Assembly: GCA_029856435.1 (NCBI GenBank)
Contig: JAHQXB010000134.1
Coordinates: forward strand, 1 to 37,881
Reading direction: 5' to 3'
Source of the DNA: Candidatus Jordarchaeia archaeon
Lineage (GTDB): Archaea > Asgardarchaeota > Jordiarchaeia > Jordiarchaeales > Jordiarchaeaceae
DNA: 37,881 nt
Under the pieces are notes generated by a model, which was not told the DNA's origin, did not search any database, and was given only the letters and a program-made list of their open reading frames with translations. A program made the position numbers and the translations under genes. Shown in pieces: positions 25,412 to 34,983 of this stretch (positions are counted from its first letter, which is position 1; each line of letters begins with the position of its first letter).

Positions 25412-26089
25412 TTATGTTATATCTTTGGGTGCTTTGGGAGGCTGCGATATCCATTCTCCAGGAATCGTTGGACCTTTATCGTGGAGTAGTCTTTTGTGTT
25501 TTTTTAGTACTATGTAGCCGTTCTCGTATCTTCCGTCTGGTGTTCTGTGGCCATCAACAATTTTTTCGACGTTGTAGGCGCATTCGCCGACCCAAAGGGC
25601 GTCTCCTTCGTATACCTCAAAATCTTGTCCCAGTGGACTGTTGAGTGGGGGGCAAATTACTGCAGCCATTTTTCCATTTTTCTCTTTATAGACGAGGCCT
25701 AAGCCGAAATGCACGTCTCCGATGCAGGCTCTGGTTGTGGCTTCGATTGGTTCCGTTTCCTGGCACTTTTCAGTTGTGAGGGTTTCCGGCTTTTTGGTGC
25801 TGAGGACTATGTAACCTGGCTTCTCGTTGTTTCTCCCAAATTTTTTGATTTCATACACGTAGTAGACGCAGTTTGTTGTTCCTATTTTCACCTCGCTTCC
25901 CTTTGAATAACCGCCCGAAAGTGGTTTTCTAAACTTGTCGGACCACATGTCTAGGTCTGCTTTAATTATGCCATTGTCAATCCAGATGGATGAGAGGCTC
26001 ACATGCCAACCGCAAATGTCCACAATGCTCCCCTCAACAATTGTAATTTTCTCTGGGCTCTCAGCATGTTTTTCTTTGTTCTCAGCCAT
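25412..26089 (-). CDS. Hypothetical protein with internal duplicated beta-rich domain
   Basis: 225-aa ORF. The two halves end in ...EIKK...PGYIVL and ...EKIV...NGYIVL. Confidence 0.65.
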   Translation of the reverse strand: MAENKEKHAESPEKITIVEGSIVDICGWHVSLSSIWIDNGIIKADLDMWSDKFRKPLSGGYSKGSEVKIGTTNCVYYVYEIKKFGRNNEKPGYIVLSTKKPETLTTEKCQETEPIEATTRACIGDVHFGLGLVYKEKNGKMAAVICPPLNSPLGQDFEVYEGDALWVGECAYNVEKIVDGHRTPDGRYENGYIVLKKHKRLLHDKGPTIPGEWISQPPKAPKDIT

Positions 26090-26261
26090 AAACTCACCTC
26101 AAACCAGTCTAATGCCAGAAGAAAATCTGAAAAAAGGAAGGCCTTCCCGTTTCAAGATTTTTCTCTTATAGATAAATTAAGCGTTGGCGGCCTATTATTA
26201 TTTTCTAGTTTGCGAAAAAATGGATGTTCTGTGGGATTTCCTTAGTGGGTTTGGTGGCTTT

Positions 26262-26705
26262 TTACTTTTTCCTTGGGGGTTGTACTTGGGGGAGTAGGGA
26301 TGTTTGAACCAGGTATATGGGGTCTCCGTCCATGTCTTTTTTGTTTGTTCTGGAAACTTTGACCACTGTTAATTTTACCCTTATGCTGGTTCCATCTTCG
26401 GCTAGGTACTCGTTCCACTCCTCAGCTATGGTTGTGTATCGGACGCTTTCGTTTACTATGGAGGCTTGGAGCTCCATTGGACTATAAAATTCACGTGAGG
26501 GTTCACCCTTAAGTTTAGGTGGAACATGGGAAAAAGCCAACACGTTTTGACCCTTGAAAGCATAACTGTACCGTCCCCCATCCTCCCTTCTCTTTAAAAC
26601 TCTTGTCAAAACATACTTAATTTTAAGTATGGGCCCCTCCTCAAGCTGATACACGTTCCAAGGCTCACTCAACACATCAAAATCCATTTCTATTACTTCA
26701 CTCAT
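26262..26705 (-). CDS. Hypothetical protein with tandem duplicated small domain
   Basis: EPWNVYQLEEGPILKIKYVLTRV and EEWNEYLAEDGTSIRVKLTVVKV. ATG 26705 follows GGTGGGTGG. Confidence 0.75.
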   Translation of the reverse strand: MSEVIEMDFDVLSEPWNVYQLEEGPILKIKYVLTRVLKRREDGGRYSYAFKGQNVLAFSHVPPKLKGEPSREFYSPMELQASIVNESVRYTTIAEEWNEYLAEDGTSIRVKLTVVKVSRTNKKDMDGDPIYLVQTSLLPQVQPPRKK

Positions 26706-27312
26706 AGGATCCACCCACCTATGTTAAGCCTAAATACTTTATCTCCTCTAATTATTAAAACATGCCTTCATCAAAAGTTAAACCCACATTAGCAGCTCAA
26801 GACATCTTCTAAATAGATAAGTAAAAACAGCGTCTAGATTATGGGCTGGAAGTGTGGTTGGAAAAACCAGAAATATGGGCCCTTGAAGGTGGGGAGGCAC
26901 ACTCATCCCTTTGAGGACAATGTCGTTAAGTTAAGGCGGTGGGGCTGTGTGTTTTCGCTCAATTCCAACCCAAAAGGAGCTTTAAACAGAGCTTTTCACC
27001 CAGTTAGAACACGAAAATAAGGGGGAGAACTAGGCACCCCACACATTCATAGGAGTACCAACAGGAGAATCCCTAATTTAACTTAATGCCATTGACCTTT
27101 GAGGAGTTGGGCAGCCGGCAAAAACGAAGTGGTCTCGCAACACTGCGAAGTCCAAATTTTCTCGTGAACTTCTCAGGTTCTATGGGTAGTCTTTTATAGG
27201 GAATTGTTTTAGTTTAAGGCACGGTTGAAATTTTTTGGTGTGTGGCGGTTTGCCTTGTCGGAATAGGAATAAATTCGGGCATTATGGTAAGTGTTTTGGG
27301 TGAATTTGGTAA

Positions 27313-29949
27313 ATGTCAAATTACGGTTGTGGCCACTTTGGAAGGTGGATTGTTGATGGGTATGGTTTGCCAGCCTATGAGTACACGTGTAATCATGAGG
27401 TTGATCCTAGGGCTCTGACTTTTACGACTCAGGGTGGTTCCCGTAAACATTGGCACCAGGTTGGGAATAGTCGTTTTAATGTTTTAGCCTATAATTCGGG
27501 TTTTGTGGAGGTTTTCGAGAATTCTAGGGGCCCTCAATGGCTAACCTATAGGAGTGTGGAACAGAAAACTTTAGGTGGAGGAATAGCAATTGTGGTTGAG
27601 GGGGATGATTGTTGGTGTGACCTTTTCTCTCAGGGCCTCTTCCGCGAGGGGTATAGGCGCATTTTTGGTATGGGCTATTTCCGAAAAGTTTCAAGTCATA
27701 ATAATCTAAAGTTGGATCACATTGTGTTTACTCCGGTGTCTGATGATCCAGTGGTTGTTTCGGAGGTAACCGTTAGGAACGATTCTAATGGGGAGAGACG
27801 TATTACGCTTTTTAATTATTGGGGAATTAATCTGCGCTATGTGTCAGAGTCCCTAATTTACACCAGCGGGAGGAGGACTGATTATGGGGTTTCCCTAATT
27901 AACTGGGTGGGCAGAATCTACGGTTTTCTGCGCCACCTTCTATGGTGTGATACTGAGCAGGGACGCACATCCTTCTCTAAAAAGTTTGTTTACCATACGG
28001 AGTATAATCAAGAGGAAGGCTTGCTTATTCTTGTTCCAGAGTATCAGGGTGAAAGGCCTCCCAAGTGGGTTCCCTGCTCCAAAAACTACTATCCAAAGCC
28101 TTTATTTTTAAAACTACTGGGCCAAAAGCCTGTATCAGCGATATGTTCAGGGGATAGTATTATTGATAAGAAGGGGAATTTCAGGGCTAAAGGCTCTTTT
28201 GTCGAGGTATCCAAACCCCTTGTTAAGAAGAGTCCCTGTCTCTGCCTGGGAGTAAAACTTACAATTCCAAGAAAAAGCTCATTCACCACCACTTTCCTCT
28301 TTGGATATGCAGAAAAAAAGGAAATTCCCAAAATAGTCTCCAAGTATGAGGAGGAAATCCGAAAGCAACCATTAAGTGAGGGTCTGAGAGGATGGAAGAA
28401 AAACATAGTGGAGTTTAAGGGTGGTGAAGATTGGGTTTCGCGTGAGGCTGCATGGCACTCCTATTATTTTAAGAGTGCAACTCTTTATGATGAGTATTTT
28501 GAGAACCACCTGTTACCTCAGGGGGGTGCCTATGTTTACCTTCAAGGTTTACATGGGGGGCCTCGAGACTTTTCCCTATATGCTGTTCCCATGACCTATC
28601 TGGATCCAGGGTTGGCGAGGGAGATGCTGGAGTATGTTTTGCGATGGATGAGGCCTAGCGGCGAACTGGCTTATTCTGGAAGTGGCTTCGGTAAACTTGG
28701 GGGAGCTGCTGTGCATAACAGGCCCTCTGACCATTACCTTTTCATAGTGTGGGCTATTACAGAATACATCTTTGCCACTCGGGATTTCAAATTTTTGGAA
28801 AAAAAGGTACCATTCTATCCCCGGGAGAAGGGTTTATTCTCAACGGTTGCTGAAAGAATAAAGCTGTCCCTAAAATTCCTCTTTGAGGAGATCGGTTTTG
28901 GCGAACACGGCTTGCTGAAAGTGGGAGACGGAGATTGGAATGATGGAATCTCAATTATGGTTCCCAACAGGAGCAGATTTCTCAAACACGGTGAATCACT
29001 CTTTAACTCTGCACTCGCCCTCTATGTTCTTCCCCGAGTAATCAATCTTTTTGGAGAACAAGGCTCATTCTGCAAATTTCTAAAGGATAAATACGACTCT
29101 CTACTTAGAGCGTGCCTTAACTCTTGGAATGGTAGGTGGTTTTACCGGGCTTGGGATGGCGGTGGAAAACCTCTGGGTGACAGGAACCTCTTCCTTGAGC
29201 CTGTTCCTTGGCTTTTCCTTTCAAAAGTCCTGCCGGAAAAAGTGGCGGAAAAACTACTGGAAAACGTTTACAGGATACTTGATAAGCCTTCTCCCTTCGG
29301 ACAGTACTTGGTATATCCTCCCGTTAGAACACTTTTAAACTATCTTGAGAAGGGCTGGGATGTTAATGGAGGAATATGGTTTGCCATAGACTTTCTCCTT
29401 ACGTGGGCCTATGGGCTATATGACGCGAAGAATGCTTGGACCTCCCTGATAAAAAATTCGATGGCCCACCATGCAAATCTCTACCCCAACCTCTGGTACG
29501 GTATATGGAGTGGCCCTGACGCCTACAACGCAGATTACGCTAAGAGACCCGGCGAAACCTATTACCACCTCCCAACACCTACAACAGACTTTCCAGTCAT
29601 GAATCTTAACCTGCACGCCAATTTTCTCACAGCTCTCATTAAGCTGTGTGGCATAGAACCCGACGCTGAGGGTTTAACCATCGCTCCCAAGCTGCCGTTT
29701 CAAAACTTTAGCTTAAAGACACCACTCATTGAGCTTCGTATGAAAGAGTACCAGGTTGAAGGTGCGTATACTCCCCAATGCTCGGGACCCATTTGTCTCA
29801 GATTTAGAAAGCCAGTTCACTGGCACCACCAGATTCGCTGCTACATCAACGATGAGCTTGTAAAATATGATTTAGAAAACTCCACAATTACAGTAAATTT
29901 GAACGTTGATAAATGGTTTAGATTCCGAATTATTCACATCGCACCCTAA
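27313..29949 (+). CDS. GH94-like (glycosyl hydrolase 36-type) glycoside phosphorylase/hydrolase
   Basis: 878 aa with an N-terminal beta-sandwich-like region, GEHGLLKVGDGDWNDG catalytic-Asp motif, GESLFN, WNGRWFYRA and NGGIW. Confidence 0.75.
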   Translation: MSNYGCGHFGRWIVDGYGLPAYEYTCNHEVDPRALTFTTQGGSRKHWHQVGNSRFNVLAYNSGFVEVFENSRGPQWLTYRSVEQKTLGGGIAIVVEGDDCWCDLFSQGLFREGYRRIFGMGYFRKVSSHNNLKLDHIVFTPVSDDPVVVSEVTVRNDSNGERRITLFNYWGINLRYVSESLIYTSGRRTDYGVSLINWVGRIYGFLRHLLWCDTEQGRTSFSKKFVYHTEYNQEEGLLILVPEYQGERPPKWVPCSKNYYPKPLFLKLLGQKPVSAICSGDSIIDKKGNFRAKGSFVEVSKPLVKKSPCLCLGVKLTIPRKSSFTTTFLFGYAEKKEIPKIVSKYEEEIRKQPLSEGLRGWKKNIVEFKGGEDWVSREAAWHSYYFKSATLYDEYFENHLLPQGGAYVYLQGLHGGPRDFSLYAVPMTYLDPGLAREMLEYVLRWMRPSGELAYSGSGFGKLGGAAVHNRPSDHYLFIVWAITEYIFATRDFKFLEKKVPFYPREKGLFSTVAERIKLSLKFLFEEIGFGEHGLLKVGDGDWNDGISIMVPNRSRFLKHGESLFNSALALYVLPRVINLFGEQGSFCKFLKDKYDSLLRACLNSWNGRWFYRAWDGGGKPLGDRNLFLEPVPWLFLSKVLPEKVAEKLLENVYRILDKPSPFGQYLVYPPVRTLLNYLEKGWDVNGGIWFAIDFLLTWAYGLYDAKNAWTSLIKNSMAHHANLYPNLWYGIWSGPDAYNADYAKRPGETYYHLPTPTTDFPVMNLNLHANFLTALIKLCGIEPDAEGLTIAPKLPFQNFSLKTPLIELRMKEYQVEGAYTPQCSGPICLRFRKPVHWHHQIRCYINDELVKYDLENSTITVNLNVDKWFRFRIIHIAP

Positions 29950-29963
29950 ACTAACACCATTTT

Positions 29964-30263
29964 CTAGAACACTTCTTTCAGACCAGCTGCAGCTGTATAA
30001 ATACTACCCGCCCCACAAACGTATAAAGCTACTCTCAAAGCCTCCGCAATCTCCTCTTTTGTAGCTCCAGCCTTCATTGCCATGTTAGCTAAAGCTCTAA
30101 CTCCCTGAACTGCTCCGTGAGAAGCATCCAACGCCATCGCTATTAAAATTTTAATCTTAACCGGAAGCGTCCCTTCCTTGAAAGCAAAGGCTCGCATATT
30201 TTCGACCTGTTTTCGCATTTCTGGATCAAGTTTTTCATAAACCTTCAAAGGATCTTCAGCCAT
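29964..30263 (-). CDS. Carboxymuconolactone decarboxylase/AhpD-like protein
   Basis: GTLPVKIKILIAMALDA...AMKAGATKEEIAEALRVA. Confidence 0.88.
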   Translation of the reverse strand: MAEDPLKVYEKLDPEMRKQVENMRAFAFKEGTLPVKIKILIAMALDASHGAVQGVRALANMAMKAGATKEEIAEALRVALYVCGAGSIYTAAAGLKEVF

Positions 30264-30377
30264 TCATACCAACCCCAAATCTTTATACAAATTTTAGGAT
30301 TACCCTCATTAAGTATTACTACTATCTCTAAAAAATCTTCCCTAACGAACAGTACGATGATGTAGAATAGTTTGGCC

Positions 30378-30397
30378 ACGCCTCAAAAAGGAGGCGT
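30378..30397. terminator. Perfect 7-bp stem-loop (possible terminator or protein-binding site)
   Basis: ACGCCTC-AAAAAG-GAGGCGT. Function is not demonstrable from sequence. Confidence 0.25.
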
Positions 30398-30809
30398 TTA
30401 TAAAGCACATTTCACGGTTTGGAGCCCTACCATAGAAATGGAGACAAATAAATCTAGATTCACCTGAACAGAAGACACAGACATAAAACTTGCATTTAAG
30501 TTTGGGGATGGTTTCGAGTAGCGGTCAAGCCAACCATTTGAGGGGCTGCTCACCGCCCAAAAACAAGCTTAAAGGCTCGTTTTACTAAAATAGGGGCATA
30601 ATAACTGTGACTGGAGAAAAACGCAAAACCCGGCCACCAACCAGCCAAAATCATCAACCAAAAAAGGTGCACCAGAAACTTTTTGCGCCCGGTTCTTTTG
30701 TTTTTCCTTAATTTTCAAAATTTCTTATCATAAAGTCTAAAAAGCACCAGAATTTTCCCTTTTTGGAGGTGCTTCTGGTGTGCTTCTTTAAATTATAGAC
30801 TTTTTAATT

Positions 30810-30925
30810 TTGTTCTTTTCGCTTTCAGAAAAATATGGTTTTTTCCTCTTTTTTTGGGAAAGAAGCCTTAAATAATCCCCCGGGTTAAGGAGAGGTTTAG
30901 GAAAAATTAATGAGAAAATCTATAG
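30810..30925 (+). repeat. Dispersed ~115-bp repeat, copy 1
   Basis: ...TTTCAG..ATGGTTTTTTCC..TTTTTTTGGGAAAGAAGCCTTAA-N13-TTAAGGAGAGGTTTAGGAAAAATTAATGAGAAAATCTATAG. Confidence 0.9.
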
Positions 30926-30938
30926 CGAGTGCCCTAGG

Positions 30939-31442
30939 TTACCAGATCTTTTTTTCGTGTTTTAGGGTGCGTTTGATTAGGGATTTTTTCTGTTTTTTTG
31001 CTAGTTCCTTCTCAAAATCTTGGATTGACAGGAGGCTGTCCACGCTGTCTTTTAGGGCTTGGGAGAGTGGTTGCCGGTAAATGTAGCGCTTTTTGACCTC
31101 CTGCACTATTTTTTTGGAGTGTTCTGAGAGCACTGGGGCGAAGCGGTAGAGGGATTCGTTTTCCTCCTGGTCCACAACGAAGCTCAGTGTACCGACCCGC
31201 TCCCCTCCTCTTGCCTTCTCGTCGGGGATTGAGAAGTAGTACACGAAGGCGCTCTTCCGCTGCTCTTGGATGGGGATTATGGATTCTCCCTCCTCTACGT
31301 GGTGACTTAAAGCGACTGCGCCAACCATGGTCTTTAGGGCAATTTTGTCAGCGGCCTCCCTTTCGATTCCCTTAAAATAGATACTGGTGGGGCCGAAATC
31401 CTCGTCAAAAATAGCTAAACAGACTCCTCTGTGCTCAAACAA
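30939..31442 (-). CDS. Standalone uDENN/longin-like domain protein (eukaryotic-signature-like)
   Basis: LAIFDEDFGP, IIPI, AFVYYFSIPDEKARGGERVGTLSFV resemble the uDENN pattern (F.F....GP; ARG..R..SL) of DENN-related proteins. Basic helical tail. Confidence 0.65.
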   Translation of the reverse strand: MFEHRGVCLAIFDEDFGPTSIYFKGIEREAADKIALKTMVGAVALSHHVEEGESIIPIQEQRKSAFVYYFSIPDEKARGGERVGTLSFVVDQEENESLYRFAPVLSEHSKKIVQEVKKRYIYRQPLSQALKDSVDSLLSIQDFEKELAKKQKKSLIKRTLKHEKKIW

Positions 31443-32031
31443 GGCATCACTTCCTCTTTTTCCTCAAGTACAGTTTCAAAAGGTGGTTATTAAATATTTT
31501 TGTTATTATACAACATAAAAAGCGCTAATATTTTGTGTTGGCTTAGACAGGCTTGACAAAATTCCTGTTCCATAAAGCATGTTTCAGAAGACGTGATGAT
31601 GCAGTATTACTTTTTGGCTGAATACGACACTTCTAATGGAAAACACTTAAGAAGAGGATGCAATTAATTTGCTGCCAATTTTGGGTGTACGTTTGTATCA
31701 TGCCGTGCATTCCTCAGATTGAATTTTGTTTGAAGTTATTGCAAGTAAAAAACGTCGAAGCACTTTTTAGGAGTGTGGAGGCCGAAAAGCGCACCGCACA
31801 TAGCAGGTGACAACAAGTTAGGTGTGGCGATTTTTGTTCCAAAATCCGGGTAGTCAGATAGAAATATAAATTTTTGTTAATAATATTTATTCAAAAATAA
31901 ATTTTACTATTAGGTTATCTTTGAATCGTGTTAATTCCCTCAAAAAATTTTTAGTCATGCTCTCATATACAATTATTTTGTGTTATATGAAGTCTCAATT
32001 GTCTCGTAAATGTTTGATTGGGGTGCGGTTG

Positions 32032-33447
32032 GTGATTTTGGCTACAAACATTCCATCCGAGATAGCTGATGCATTCAAATCTCGAACATTTTCTCTCCAT
32101 ATTAAGGGTAGTGCAGGTACTGGTAAGACTACATTGGCCTTGGAGCTTGGGAAGCAGTTTATGGATGGAGCAGTTATATATCTGTCTACTAGAGTAAATC
32201 CAGAGAAATTTTATAAGCTGTTTCCGTGGTGTGAGTCTTGGATTTGCCGGGAGAACATTTTAGATGTGAAAAGTAACATTTTTCCCAGGGGTAAAGAAGA
32301 AACTCTTTTTGAATATGTTGATAGGCCTAGTTTCTTTAGAAGTTTATATTGGAGAGTTGTGGAGGCGGGAGTGGAGCGCATCACTGTGATTTTGGATGGT
32401 TTGGAATCCTTGAAGTATAATGTTAAAATTCCTGAGAATGACTACAGTATAGAGTGTGACATCTTAGAAATGGCGGAAAAACTAAATGCAAACGTGATCT
32501 TCATAAGTGAAACAGGTGGGGAAAGTAAACTTGACTATTTTGTTGACGGTATTGTTAGGCTGGAAAGAGAATTCATAGATGGTCAACTTTTAAGAAAATT
32601 GTACATCGAAAAAATTCGCGGAAGGAGAATTGAGAATTCGGTTTACCTATTTACGCTTAAAGACGGCAGATTCACGTGCTTTGAGAAAGGCGTTCAAACC
32701 TACCCTGCAACCGCCGAGTTTCCAAAAGTGGAGAATAAGGAGGGAAAGATTTCAACCCTCATCCCCGAACTAGACAATGTACTCAAGGGAGGTTTTAATA
32801 GGGGCTCCCTCAACATATTCGATGTAGGAGACAAGGTGGGGGTGGAGCACGCTTACTTTTTGACCCCCATGTTCTTCAATTTTATACGCCAAGGCTACCC
32901 GGTCTTTAGTATGCCCTCTAAAGGTATTTACAGCACGGATCTACTAAGGTACATTCCCCAATCCGTAATAGGAAAGGAAATCTTTGACTTGTTGAAGAGA
33001 TACTTCCATGTTTTACGCCCCTCAAGCTTCAGCCCCCGTATAGCTGATAGCTATGGCAACTACTTTTTTGAGGGAATAGATCCAGATGGAGAACTCAACC
33101 GTTTAAAACAGATTATCACCGGTGTTTTAAATGAGACCCAATCCGACACCCCAATCGTTTCCATAGCCAGCGACACAATGGAACACATTTATGGCTCAAA
33201 GTACCTGCTCAAGACAGTTCAAGCTTGGATAGACCAAATAAAACAGTTAAACGGCGTCATAATCATATTCCAGTTTAGACACAAACCTCTAAAATTATTA
33301 ACCCACCTAGCATCATCCTACTTCAAAGTGGAAAACATGTACGGCAACCTCATATTTTATGGACAGAGCCCCAAAACAAAACTGTATGTGGTGGGTCTAG
33401 ACATCTCAAACAAATACGTACAAACCAGACTTACTCCAATAGAGTGA
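32032..33447 (+). CDS. RAD55/GvpD-like (KaiC/RecA superfamily) tandem P-loop ATPase, paralog 1
   Basis: Walker A GSAGTGKT, VILDGLESL, DYFVDGIVRL, IEKIRG. The second domain (TLIPELDNVLKGGFNRGS) has a degenerate P-loop. Start is uncertain within 32029-32038. Confidence 0.85.
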   Translation: MILATNIPSEIADAFKSRTFSLHIKGSAGTGKTTLALELGKQFMDGAVIYLSTRVNPEKFYKLFPWCESWICRENILDVKSNIFPRGKEETLFEYVDRPSFFRSLYWRVVEAGVERITVILDGLESLKYNVKIPENDYSIECDILEMAEKLNANVIFISETGGESKLDYFVDGIVRLEREFIDGQLLRKLYIEKIRGRRIENSVYLFTLKDGRFTCFEKGVQTYPATAEFPKVENKEGKISTLIPELDNVLKGGFNRGSLNIFDVGDKVGVEHAYFLTPMFFNFIRQGYPVFSMPSKGIYSTDLLRYIPQSVIGKEIFDLLKRYFHVLRPSSFSPRIADSYGNYFFEGIDPDGELNRLKQIITGVLNETQSDTPIVSIASDTMEHIYGSKYLLKTVQAWIDQIKQLNGVIIIFQFRHKPLKLLTHLASSYFKVENMYGNLIFYGQSPKTKLYVVGLDISNKYVQTRLTPIE

Positions 33448-33808
33448 CCACTCCCAAAAATAGAGAAGCAACAATAAAATACAAACCTTCTTTTTCTTCC
33501 GCTTTCTTCCACCAACAGGTTAGAGTTCATTTTCTTAACTATGTTGGAGAGACGCTGTGGACAGAAAGTAGACCTAGTTCATCACGTTTCCTCCTCAGAA
33601 TGTGGGATGCCTCTGAATTTTAATTCGCCTCTGATTTCTTCCGCTGTTTATAGCCTCTCACATTTCTTCCAACATTTATGAGGTGATAGATAAAAGAAGC
33701 GACAATTAAAATAGGGGGGATGTTCATCAAGGCCGTTAAAAGGGGTGAACTTGTGGAACCTTACTTTTATTAGGTTCTTCAGCGAAGTAATAAAAAAATG
33801 AAAGTAAA

Positions 33809-33923
33809 CTATAGAGTTTCTCATTAATTTTTTCCTAAACCTATCCTTAACCAAGGTTATTTAAGGCTTCTTTCCCTAAAAAAAGGCGGAAAAACCATGT
33901 TCCCTGAAAACGAAAGGAAAAAA
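33809..33923 (-). repeat. Dispersed ~115-bp repeat, copy 2 (inverted)
   Basis: Reverse complement reads TTTTTTCCTTTCGTTTTCAGGGAACATGGTTTTTCCGCC...GGGAAAGAAGCCTTAA-N10-TTAAGGATAGGTTTAGGAAAAAATTAATGAGAAACTCTATAG. Confidence 0.9.
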
Positions 33924-33976
33924 TTAATTGGAAAGTCTATATCATCAAATTTACGATGTTGGAAGGAGGATTGTGA

Positions 33977-34885
33977 ATGAAGACATTGGTTCTTGAAATG
34001 TTGGAATTGAACTATGAGACGGTGTCTAGGAAGATTGAGGACTTCATTAGGAGTTCTGTGGAGTTACTAGGGAAAAAGGGTGTTATTGTTGGTCTGAGTG
34101 GGGGCTTAGACTCAAGTACTGTGGCTACCCTGAGTGTTAGAGCCCTCGGGAGGGATAGAGTGTTTGGACTTTTGATGCCCGAGAGGGACAGCGAACCACA
34201 AAACTTCAAAGACGCAAAGCAGTTAGCCTCCATGCTAAAAATAGAGCACGAAGTTTTAGACCTAACGCCAATACTTAGAAAAATGGGGATATATGAATTG
34301 CTTCCAGATAAAATTGCCAATAACAAGAAACTGTTAATGGAGAGGTTAAGAGAAGCAAAGAGGGTTTCAACATTTGAGGCCAAACCTTCAAACCTTCCCA
34401 TAATCGGCATAAAATCGGGAAGCTTGGGTTACTGTTTCACTTTCCCAAAGGTAAGACTGAGGAGCATCATGCTTCACTATCGCGCCTGCCTCAAAAAACT
34501 GGCGGTTGCAGGAACCATAACCAAGTCCGAATATGTAACGAGCACCTATGATGAGCATGGAGATGGAGCCTGCGAAATTGCCCCCCTCAGAAATCTCTAC
34601 AAGTCACAGGTAAGGAGGCTCGCCAAGTACTTGGGAGTCCCAGAAAACATAGTGACGAAGCCCTCAAGTCCTGACCTCATAGCCGGCGCAGTAGTCACAG
34701 ATGAAGTTCTAATAGGTATGAAGTATGAAACACTGGACTCCATACTATACTGTCTGGAAAGAGGAATGGGAATTAGCGAAATAGCAAGAGAGCTAGACGT
34801 TGAAGAGAATACTGTGGAAAGAGTTGCAAACACCGTGGAAATGGCGAAACTCAGAAGAGAAATTCCCCTCACACCGCACCTATAA
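33977..34885 (+). CDS. nadE: NH3-dependent NAD+ synthetase-like protein (divergent)
   Basis: GLSGGLDSS PP-loop, KVRLR, GTITKSE, HGDG, LYKSQVRRLAKYLGVP, KPSSPDL, TDE. Confidence 0.78.
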   Translation: MKTLVLEMLELNYETVSRKIEDFIRSSVELLGKKGVIVGLSGGLDSSTVATLSVRALGRDRVFGLLMPERDSEPQNFKDAKQLASMLKIEHEVLDLTPILRKMGIYELLPDKIANNKKLLMERLREAKRVSTFEAKPSNLPIIGIKSGSLGYCFTFPKVRLRSIMLHYRACLKKLAVAGTITKSEYVTSTYDEHGDGACEIAPLRNLYKSQVRRLAKYLGVPENIVTKPSSPDLIAGAVVTDEVLIGMKYETLDSILYCLERGMGISEIARELDVEENTVERVANTVEMAKLRREIPLTPHL

Positions 34886-34983
34886 AATAGAAAAATTTGG
34901 AGCGGAAGATTTAGCTCCAAAAACGAATTTACAGACAAAACAGGGGCTTCCCAAAGACAGGGAACCATATTGGCCGGAAATGG

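Noticed and set aside
26720-27310. ~590-bp intergenic stretch examined for RNA genes or IS remnants
   Set aside because: No repeat, hairpin set or translatable remnant could be supported by eye.
30504-30560. tRNA-like segment (GGGATGG...TAGCGGTCAAG)
   Set aside because: No TPsiC arm or acceptor-stem pairing could be built.
31593-31621. C/D box sRNA (GTGATGA...CTGA)
   Set aside because: Only one C and one D box 18 nt apart, with no C'/D' pair or terminal stem. A chance match is likely.
32032-33447. Gas vesicle cluster (gvpD)
   Set aside because: No gvpA or other gvp genes are present, so only the ATPase family is supported.
33648-33854. 68-aa minus-strand ORF
   Set aside because: It begins inside dispersed repeat copy 2, is low-complexity and AT-rich, and has no motif.
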